Below, piece after piece: positions 1 to 7,479 of a DNA stretch of 43,998 nucleotides. Location of the stretch: contig CAYUCK010000002.1 of NCBI GenBank assembly GCA_964443335.1, positions 1-43,998 on the forward strand. Direction: 5' to 3'. A program made the translations under genes and the position numbers. Position 1 is the stretch's first letter. The number at the start of each line of letters is the position of its first letter. The notes beneath the pieces were generated by a model. The model was not told the DNA's origin. It made no database searches and saw only the letters and a list, made by a program, of their open reading frames with translations. This DNA comes from an uncultured Gammaproteobacteria bacterium. Lineage in GTDB: Bacteria; Patescibacteriota; Microgenomatia; UBA1406; GWC2-37-13.

Positions 1-266
1 TTTTGTCCCTAACTTTCGTTGTGATATGCTAAACCCCTTGCCTTTTTGTCCCTAACTTTCGTTGTAATGCGAAGATTCGTCAAGCCTTTTTGTCCCTAAC
101 TTTCGTTGTTTTATATCTATTTTTTATAGCCTTTTTGTCCCTAACTTTCGTTGAAAATTAAAAAATCACCAAGCCTTTTTGTCCCTAACTTTCGTTGTGT
201 CAATTATCCAATACTTTCGTTGTTAAATGTTCCAAGCTGGAGCCTTTTTGTCCCTAACTTTCGTTG
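1..266 (-). CRISPR. CRISPR array, type V-D-like, truncated by the left window edge
   Basis: The 25-mer GCCTTTTTGTCCCTAACTTTCGTTG occurs identically at 40-64, 84-108, 129-153, 173-197 and 242-266. It is cut by the window edge at 1-21, and a 10-nt remnant sits at 213-222. Spacers are 18, 19, 20, 19, (15) and 19 nt. The reverse complement CAACGAAAGTTAGGGACAAAAAGGC ends in AAGGC like known CasY repeats, and an AT-rich leader lies on the right, so transcription is on the minus strand. Confidence 0.97.
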
Positions 267-389
267 AGCAAAGATAATTTATATCATCATAATAATCTAA
301 AATCAATTGAAAATCAAGTAAAATCTGTGTATAATTAACCTATAATAAATAGATTTTATCATTATAACATTTTAAATAATATTTTATTT
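267..389. promoter_or_regulatory. CRISPR leader with divergent sigma70-type promoters (array on -, cas1 on +)
   Basis: Plus strand: TTGAAA (307-312), 17 nt, TATAAT (330-335). Minus strand: TTGATT (317-312), 17 nt, TATTAT (294-289), pointing into the first repeat. Confidence 0.6.
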
Positions 390-1397
390 ATGTCTTATAA
401 TAGAAAAAAATACATATGGCTACCTTATTTGGAGAGTATAACTATAAAACCAAAAAATGTAAAGTTTGTGTATAAAGGTGGAGAATTAGAGATTAATTGG
501 GTTGACATACACTCAATTATGATTTATGGTGACAGCTGTAGTCTATCGGCTGAATTTTTTGATAAATGCAGCTTTTACAAGATACCTGTAGTTTTTCACA
601 GGCGCAATCTTGCCAGAGCAAGTCTGATATTACCGTCTTTATCAGCAGATGCTGATGATTTAATTTCTATGCAGATCAAATATCGGGATAATGATAAAAA
701 AAGATCTTACATCGCAAAAAAACTTATTATAGCAAAGTTTAAAAGTATGCAATGGCTTATACCCTCAGCTAAAGATCAACTTTATAAAATCAGTGATATT
801 GAAAAAATTAGATCGGTTGAGGCTTGGCATGCCAAGCGATATTGGAAAGAGTATTTTAGTAGACTTGGCTTAAATCAGAAAAGAAGAGAAAACAATGAAA
901 TTCAAAAAATTCTTAATGCTGTTTCTAAATTTGTAACTAGTATAATTTTAAGGTGGGTGCTTTATCATAATTTGAGTCCTTATCATGGCTTTCTGCATAA
1001 ACCAACAGAATATCCATCTTTAGTTTATGATTTGATTGAGCCTTATAGAGGATATTTTGATAAAGTGGTATTTGATTATTTTAAACAACAAGAAAATCAA
1101 GAAAAAAGTCTGGCAATAGTAATTGAAAAAATTAAAGAATTTTTAAACAAAAAAGTCTATGTTCACTCAACAAGACAGATAGTCACATTTCAAGAATTAC
1201 TGCACGGTATAGTTTTAGCTTTAAGGGTATATATGATCGGCTCAACAAGAAAATTTGTCATACCACTACCAGAGAAGCCAAATGGAGGCAGACCAGTAAA
1301 GCCAGGATTTCAACTTTATGGTCATAGAGCAGGTATCACTAATTTTTGGCTTGAGGCATCGGATGTGGCTAAACAATTTCAAGCATCTTATAGTTAA
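390..1397 (+). CDS. cas1: CRISPR-associated integrase Cas1 (type V-D associated)
   Basis: 335 aa next to the array. It has Cas1 motifs: EAWHAKRYW (catalytic E), LN..SK, LSPYHGFLH and SLVYDLIEPYR (catalytic H and D/E). Confidence 0.95.
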   Translation: MSYNRKKYIWLPYLESITIKPKNVKFVYKGGELEINWVDIHSIMIYGDSCSLSAEFFDKCSFYKIPVVFHRRNLARASLILPSLSADADDLISMQIKYRDNDKKRSYIAKKLIIAKFKSMQWLIPSAKDQLYKISDIEKIRSVEAWHAKRYWKEYFSRLGLNQKRRENNEIQKILNAVSKFVTSIILRWVLYHNLSPYHGFLHKPTEYPSLVYDLIEPYRGYFDKVVFDYFKQQENQEKSLAIVIEKIKEFLNKKVYVHSTRQIVTFQELLHGIVLALRVYMIGSTRKFVIPLPEKPNGGRPVKPGFQLYGHRAGITNFWLEASDVAKQFQASYS

Positions 1398-4300
1398 TTG
1401 GTTTATGATTTTTTAAGTATCGTATTGTCTCTTCGAATATATTAACTTCCTGATTATTTTTCAAATTATTTTTTACATACCCTCTAACTGACATATTAAA
1501 AGCAGCTTGCAAGTCTGCATCAAATATTTTTCCACAGTCAACAAAAGGGCAAATAAAAACTGCGCAATTACCTCTTTGTTTTTTAATTTCTTTAAGTTTT
1601 AGAGGATCTAATTTTTTTAAAGTTAAAAGAACTTCGCTTTTTTCAAGCGGTGGTCTGGCAAAATTTTTTATGATTTTTAAAAATTCTTCTTTTTCTTGTT
1701 TTGTGTTTTGAAATCTGTAGTTTTCGATGAATTTTTTGTTTTGAGTGTAGCCGTATAAATTGCCGTGGGTGGTTTTAATTTCGATAACGTTTTTTAGCCC
1801 ATCGGTTTTTAATCGACTAACTACTGTAGCTTGGCTTGTATCAAAGTCATTTACTACCTCAAATATACTTCTTCCACATACTGAACAAGTATAACTTGAA
1901 GCATACGCAGATAAATTTAGGCCGATGTTGATAGAATTTGATCCCCAAATATGTTTGATAATAGGCTTATTAGCTTTACTGTCGACATCTGATTTTTTGA
2001 TCGAGTTATAGATTTTGGTAATTCTTCCACTGCCTGTTTCAAAATTACTAATCGAGTATTCGTAAATTATAGGCACTTTATATTTTAGAAAAACTTTATG
2101 AATTTGATTTCTGATTTCATTGATGGCATTTTCCCTGACTTTTCGAACAACGTTTTCGGATTGAATAAACACCCCGCCTCTTGCTCTTTGTTTTATGATT
2201 TCAAATTTATCTCTAATCTTACGGACATTTTTATTTTTGATGTAAGATGATTCGATAATTTTTGGAATATCTTCAGTAAAGTCTGTTAAACAGTAAGCAA
2301 CTCCATATTCACCAGCATCAATTCCAAGATAGATCTTTTCGTTAAGTTTTTTTTGAGGTTCTTCGGAATTTATCTGAAAGGGTAGTGAGAGATAAAGATT
2401 TTGGCTTTCTTTTTTGAAGACAAATTTTTCTAAATCAATCTGATGTTTAATTTCAAGAATAAAAGATGGCTCAGAAATAGATATAGAAATATTCTGCCAA
2501 TAATAAGGCTTATAAATTAACCTATCTAAAAATTGAAGTTGATGTCGTGATGAGTGGATTTGGAAGACATGATTTTTATTTAGATTAGTAATTAAAATAG
2601 GCCTGATTCCTTGTTTAGTTATAATAAAATAATCAGTTTGATCTTCTTGATTAAGCTTTTTAAATTCAAAATAATCATTAATTTTATCTCCAATGACAAT
2701 AAGATATCTGTGTGAATAATTAATGATTTTTTTTGATTCAGTTAAAAGTTGTTTTAGGCTGACCTTAATATCTTTAAAATTAATTAGAATTGGGAATCGT
2801 TCATCACTTTTTAATATTTGAAGAGTATATTTAGCTAGATCATATTTTTTTGATAGTATATTTAAAGTGCCTTTAAGATCTGCAAAAAAATATTGATTTA
2901 AAAGCCGATTAAATTCTTGATTGATAAGGCAATTAGATTTATGAAGATTGATAAAATTTAATACGCCTTCAAAATTGCTAAATAAATTTTTGTCAACGAT
3001 AAATTCATTTTTTTTATTGTTTTCTATAACAAATGATAAAAAAGATTTAGTAATTTCTAAGTACTCGATTGCTGATTGAACATCTTTTAAAAGCAAATTA
3101 TGATTAATGTTTTTTAAAAAAGAATAAAGAGATCTAATTAAATTAGTAATTTGACTGTCTTGATTATCGAAATTTTTAATCTTGATTATTTTTAAGGAGT
3201 TATTATTACTGAATTTACTTATATAAAAAGCATATTTTTGTGGTTGATTATAAATTTCCTTTTTGTTATTTTCTTCTGAAATATAGTAATCTATAATTTT
3301 TTTATAATCATTAAAAAAAATAGATTGATTAGAAAGTATTTTCTTTGATAATTTCTCAAAAAATACATTAAGGATTTCAGATAGTGTTTTTTTAAAGTCA
3401 TTATCCTTAAGTGATTTTGATTCATCTAAAAGTATTCGAATAATTTTAAAACCATCAATAACTTTAAGTTTTGATTTTTCAATAATTTTTAAAAGACTTT
3501 CTTTTTTTGATTGTCCGTAAAAGTTAATCGGTTTTTCAAATTTTTCATATAAAAATTTAAAGTTTTTATCATTGTTGATCATGTCATCTTCGCTGATCTT
3601 CAGATATTTTTGATAAAAAAAGTTAAGGTCGGTTTTTATTTCTGCTAAATAATCAGAGAAAATGCTATATTTGCCAGGAATGTTAAGTAAATCTGGATTT
3701 TGTTCCAGGAGATTTTTTAAGTTAACTAATTGATTTTTTATTTTTAGTTTGGATTTTTGAAAATCATTATCTTCTGAAAACTTTTTATCCAAAATCTGAA
3801 GTCTATCGAAATAAGCAATAATTTTACTAATTTCACCTTTGATTTTATTATAGTTTTCTTGCGATTTTGTTAGTCTATTTAGATAATTTGAAAACCAGCT
3901 TTCTAATTTACCGCCAAAAACACTTCTATACTCCTGCCAGCTGTAGCTAATAAACTTGGGTTTTCCAAGTAGTCTAGATTTTTCAGCAAGATAAATTAAT
4001 GATTCTTTTATCTTTTCTTCTTCCTGATTACTTAAATCGATAATAGTTTTGTAGTAATTAATAATAACTTCAATATTGCCTTCTAATAAGACATTAAAAA
4101 AATTATTGAAATAGTTAGAAAAAGCATTGAAATTATCACTTAATCCAAGAAGGGAAGCAGTTTGCTCATTGATAATTTTCTCATTTGGTTCTATTGAATT
4201 TATTTTAAGATATTTTTTAACTAGATCAAAGCGAAGATTAATTAATTCCTCAAGCTTTATATCTCCATTGAGTCTGATTAACTCAGGTAGGATAAAACTA

Positions 4301-4953
4301 GTTAATTCACCCAACTCATTATTGGTTTTTCCGTTTAATAAATTTTTATCGATGTTGAAATTATTTTTCCAAAATTGATTTTGTTTTTCTTCACTGTCTA
4401 AAATAAGCTTTCCTTCTTCATCATAGAATGAATTAGTGATAAAATTTACTAATTTATTTGCATCACTATTAATGATTATTTTTTCTTTTTCATTTTTAAA
4501 TTCATTATTAAGAATATCAAATAGAGTGTTAAAAAAAGATTTTTTGGTGGAACTTGATCTTTTTGCATCAGAAATAATGATATTTTTTATGAAATCTACC
4601 TTTTTAAAATAGTTTTTGATTTTTTCGTCAGCCTGATCAAAGATAATTTCTTCCATCGTTTTTTTACCTCTTATACTTTGAATAAAATATCTAATTTTTT
4701 TTCCTTTTGATTGAAATACAATTCCACATTTTAAAGTATCAACCCAAAAATCAAGAAGACTATACTGATTTTCTGATTTTATATCAATGAGATTAGCAAT
4801 TCCTCTAACTTTATGGTCATCATTTACAAAATTTTCTATTATTTTCTCATATGCATCAGTTTGATTAACAGGTTTAAGGAGAAATTTAATTGATCGAGTA
4901 GTTTCTCCCTTAGTTGTTTTTAAGCGTTTAATGTGAATTTTATAACTTTTCAT
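1369..4953 (-). CDS. cas12d: Type V-D CRISPR effector Cas12d (CasY)
   Basis: About 1194 aa from ATG 4953 (the ORF track starts at TTG 4959). The C-terminal split RuvC has YLGIDAGEYG (D codon 2319-2317), IIYEYSIS (E 2061-2059) and DADLQAA (D 1515-1513), with Zn-ribbon CSVC...CPFVDC. The WQEYRSVFGGKLESWFSNY segment resembles CasY. The cas1-only context and short spacers fit V-D. Confidence 0.92.
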   Translation of the reverse strand: MKSYKIHIKRLKTTKGETTRSIKFLLKPVNQTDAYEKIIENFVNDDHKVRGIANLIDIKSENQYSLLDFWVDTLKCGIVFQSKGKKIRYFIQSIRGKKTMEEIIFDQADEKIKNYFKKVDFIKNIIISDAKRSSSTKKSFFNTLFDILNNEFKNEKEKIIINSDANKLVNFITNSFYDEEGKLILDSEEKQNQFWKNNFNIDKNLLNGKTNNELGELTSFILPELIRLNGDIKLEELINLRFDLVKKYLKINSIEPNEKIINEQTASLLGLSDNFNAFSNYFNNFFNVLLEGNIEVIINYYKTIIDLSNQEEEKIKESLIYLAEKSRLLGKPKFISYSWQEYRSVFGGKLESWFSNYLNRLTKSQENYNKIKGEISKIIAYFDRLQILDKKFSEDNDFQKSKLKIKNQLVNLKNLLEQNPDLLNIPGKYSIFSDYLAEIKTDLNFFYQKYLKISEDDMINNDKNFKFLYEKFEKPINFYGQSKKESLLKIIEKSKLKVIDGFKIIRILLDESKSLKDNDFKKTLSEILNVFFEKLSKKILSNQSIFFNDYKKIIDYYISEENNKKEIYNQPQKYAFYISKFSNNNSLKIIKIKNFDNQDSQITNLIRSLYSFLKNINHNLLLKDVQSAIEYLEITKSFLSFVIENNKKNEFIVDKNLFSNFEGVLNFINLHKSNCLINQEFNRLLNQYFFADLKGTLNILSKKYDLAKYTLQILKSDERFPILINFKDIKVSLKQLLTESKKIINYSHRYLIVIGDKINDYFEFKKLNQEDQTDYFIITKQGIRPILITNLNKNHVFQIHSSRHQLQFLDRLIYKPYYWQNISISISEPSFILEIKHQIDLEKFVFKKESQNLYLSLPFQINSEEPQKKLNEKIYLGIDAGEYGVAYCLTDFTEDIPKIIESSYIKNKNVRKIRDKFEIIKQRARGGVFIQSENVVRKVRENAINEIRNQIHKVFLKYKVPIIYEYSISNFETGSGRITKIYNSIKKSDVDSKANKPIIKHIWGSNSINIGLNLSAYASSYTCSVCGRSIFEVVNDFDTSQATVVSRLKTDGLKNVIEIKTTHGNLYGYTQNKKFIENYRFQNTKQEKEEFLKIIKNFARPPLEKSEVLLTLKKLDPLKLKEIKKQRGNCAVFICPFVDCGKIFDADLQAAFNMSVRGYVKNNLKNNQEVNIFEETIRYLKNHKPINYKMLEIV

Positions 4954-4959
4954 TTTCAA

Positions 4960-5043
4960 GTTAGCGCTCAGTAGGTAAAAGGCAATCCCTTTTAAAAATT
5001 TAAAAGGGGGAAACCCGCTGAGCGCAATTGGGTTAGGGACCCA
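4960..5043 (-). ncRNA. Putative scoutRNA (short-complementarity trans-acting RNA) of Cas12d
   Basis: GC-rich island in AT-rich DNA. The outer stem is GCGCTCAG 4964-4971 / CTGAGCGC 5018-5025 and the inner stem is CCCTTTTAA 4987-4995 / TTAAAAGGG 5000-5008. On the minus strand an unpaired GCCUUUU (4983-4977) is complementary to the repeat 3' end AAAAGGC. A 5' hairpin at 5029-5043 contains a second, 9-nt anti-repeat. Confidence 0.8.
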
Positions 5044-5048
5044 TTAAT

Positions 5049-5077
5049 AATTTATAAAATTAGCACATAAAAATCAA
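5049..5077 (-). promoter_or_regulatory. Candidate promoter for scoutRNA/cas12d
   Basis: Minus strand TTGATT (5077-5072), 17 nt, TAAATT (5054-5049). The predicted start near 5043 coincides with the 5' end of the small hairpin. The -35 hexamer is the same as in the array promoter candidate. Confidence 0.45.
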
Positions 5078-5347
5078 GAACAAAAAGATTTTTAAAAATT
5101 CTTAATAACAAATAAAATCGTTACTATTTTCTATTAGGACAATTTTCGGGTATCATTAATATTTAGTAGATATATTCAAATGATGCGTTTTTATAAGGAA
5201 AATGTTTTTTCTTAATATCTAATATCTTAATATCTTTTTTTCATTGCTTTACTATCTTTTGACGATGGGTGTTGAGATAGTAAAATTAATATTTTGACGC
5301 TTATTTGATAATAATATTTTTTGGATTTTTTGGATATAATTAAAAAT

Positions 5348-6673
5348 ATGAGTCTTTTGGAAAAAATTAAGGAAAAATATTATGATAAAAAAGTGTTGAT
5401 TGTTGGTTTAGGTCTTCAGGGTGGAGGCTTGGGCTTGGCAAAATTTTTTGCCGATCTTGGAGCCAAGGTGACAGTTACAGATAAAAAAGATGAGAATCAA
5501 TTAAAATCTTCAATTGAGCAGCTTAAAGATTATCCAATAACGTATCATTTAGGTGGTCACGAGCTAAATGATTTTTTATCAGCGGATTTTATTTTTAAGG
5601 GACCATCTGTTCCTTGGAGTTTGCCTGAGATTATTGAGGCACAAAAGAAAAATATACCAATTGAGATGGAGATGAGTTTTGTTGTTAAAAATTTTCCAGG
5701 CATTGTTATTGGTATTACTGGTACAAGAGGAAAGTCAACTACCACTAATTTAATTTATACGATTTTAAAAAAAACTGGGTTTAATGTCCTTCTTGGTGGC
5801 GGCTTACCTGGAATTTCCAACATTGAGTATTTAAAGAAAGCTGATCAAAGTACTTATCTTGTGGCTGAGCTCTCTTCCTGGGCTTTATCTGGTTTTCATC
5901 GCCAAAAAATCTCTCCTCAAATTTCAGTTTTTACTAGCTTTTACCCAGATCACCTAAACTACTATAAAAATATGAATGATTATTTTTATGATAAAGCCGC
6001 TATTTTTTTATATCAAAAACAGGAAAATTATTTAATTGCCAATAAAAAATTAAAAACATTAATTGAAAAATATTCATTTAAAAGCAAGACAATTTATTTT
6101 ACATCAGAGGATTTTCCTGAAAAACTTAAATATTTAAAAGGAGTTCATAATCTAGAAAATGCAGCAGCTGCTTTGCAAGTGGCTAAGGTTTTAAAAATAG
6201 ATCTTAAAAAAGCGATCGATATTATTGTTAATTTTTCTGGACTAGTTTATCGACAAGAAATCATCAAAGAAAAAGATCGAGTCATTTTTGTCAATGATAC
6301 AACCTCAACAACACCGGTGGCGACGATTAAGGCACTTGAGGCTTTTTCTGACAAACCAATTTATTTGATAATGGGCGGTAATTCAAAAAACCTTCCTTTT
6401 GATGAATTAATTGAAAAATTAGTCAGTGTGGAAAAAATCATTCTTTTGTCAGGAAGTTTTACTGATGAGATTTTAAGTTTATTAAAGAAAAAATATCCAG
6501 ATAAATTAGTTGGGCCATTTGATGATTTAGAAAAAGCAGTAAAAACTGCCTTTCAACTGGCAAAAACAACTGGGGGTTACTTACTTTTTTCACCGGCAGC
6601 AACTTCTTTTGCTATGTTTAACAACGAATTTCACCGAGGTATGGAGTTTAATAAAATTGTTAAAAAAATATGA
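5348..6673 (+). CDS. murD: UDP-N-acetylmuramoyl-L-alanine--D-glutamate ligase
   Basis: Motifs KVLIVGLG..G, GITGTRGKSTT, ELSSW, PDHLNYY, NDT..T and FSPAATSF..F..RG. ATG 5348 is preferred over TTG 5321. Confidence 0.95.
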   Translation: MSLLEKIKEKYYDKKVLIVGLGLQGGGLGLAKFFADLGAKVTVTDKKDENQLKSSIEQLKDYPITYHLGGHELNDFLSADFIFKGPSVPWSLPEIIEAQKKNIPIEMEMSFVVKNFPGIVIGITGTRGKSTTTNLIYTILKKTGFNVLLGGGLPGISNIEYLKKADQSTYLVAELSSWALSGFHRQKISPQISVFTSFYPDHLNYYKNMNDYFYDKAAIFLYQKQENYLIANKKLKTLIEKYSFKSKTIYFTSEDFPEKLKYLKGVHNLENAAAALQVAKVLKIDLKKAIDIIVNFSGLVYRQEIIKEKDRVIFVNDTTSTTPVATIKALEAFSDKPIYLIMGGNSKNLPFDELIEKLVSVEKIILLSGSFTDEILSLLKKKYPDKLVGPFDDLEKAVKTAFQLAKTTGGYLLFSPAATSFAMFNNEFHRGMEFNKIVKKI

Positions 6674-7479
6674 ATATTGGGGTTTTTGATTCGGGTTTGG
6701 GAGGACTGACAATTTTAAAAGGTTTTTTAAAAAAATTACCGCAATATAATTATGTTTATTTAGGTGATAATGCTCGAGTGCCATATGGCAATCGCTCAAC
6801 CCAATTAATTTATCAATTTACATGTGAGGCTATTGATTTTTTAGTAAAAAAAAACTGTTCTTTGATTATTGTTGCCTGCAATACAGTAACTGCCAATGCT
6901 TTAAAAAAAATTCAAACTGAGTATTTGCCAAAAAAATACCCACATGTTAAAGCTTTAGGTGTGATAAGGCCAACTATTGAGGCGCTTGTAAAAAACAAGT
7001 TTAGAAAAATTGGTGTAATTGCTACCAAGGCCACTGTTAATTCAAATGCTTTTAAAAAAGAGATAAAAAAATTTTTACCAAAAGCTACTGTCTATCAGCA
7101 AGCTTGTCCGCTTTTGGTGCCTTATATTGAAGACAGTGAAAAAGACAAAAGAGTTTTAAAATTACTTCTTAAAAATTATCTTAAACCAATAAAAACTAAA
7201 ATTGAGACATTAATCTTGGGTTGTACACATTATGAAATTATTAATGATCAAATCCAAAAAGAAGTTGGCAAAATTAAAGTCATTAGCCAGTCAGAAATTG
7301 TTGCGGAAAGTTTAAAAAAATATTTATCAAATCATCCAGAAATTGAAAAAAAACTCGAAAAAAAAGGACAAGTACAATATTTTTTAACTGATTTTAGTTT
7401 AGATTATCAAAGACTAATTAAAAAATTTTTAGGAAGATATTTTCCAAATAAAAATATTCATAAAGTTAAACTCATATGA
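6670..7479 (+). CDS. murI: Glutamate racemase
   Basis: Motifs IGVFDSGLGGLT, PYG, ACNT and LGCTHY. Confidence 0.97.
   Translation: MNIGVFDSGLGGLTILKGFLKKLPQYNYVYLGDNARVPYGNRSTQLIYQFTCEAIDFLVKKNCSLIIVACNTVTANALKKIQTEYLPKKYPHVKALGVIRPTIEALVKNKFRKIGVIATKATVNSNAFKKEIKKFLPKATVYQQACPLLVPYIEDSEKDKRVLKLLLKNYLKPIKTKIETLILGCTHYEIINDQIQKEVGKIKVISQSEIVAESLKKYLSNHPEIEKKLEKKGQVQYFLTDFSLDYQRLIKKFLGRYFPNKNIHKVKLI

Noticed and set aside
22..241. Self-targeting spacers within the window
   Set aside because: By eye I found only partial low-complexity matches, such as TTGGTGATTT near 16116 and 18184, and no full-length match. The scan was not exhaustive.
1369..4953. TnpB/IS605 transposon or Cas12a/b/e
   Set aside because: It is far too long for TnpB and has no tnpA. 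Cas12a/b/e loci normally carry cas2 and cas4 and have longer repeats and spacers.
4960..5043. Rho-independent terminator or classical tracrRNA
   Set aside because: No gene ends here and no U-tract follows the stem. Repeat complementarity comes in two short blocks, not one long anti-repeat.
5213..5235. TAATATCT x3 micro-tandem in the cas12d-murD gap
   Set aside because: It is short, AT-only and unrelated to the CRISPR repeat, most likely slippage.
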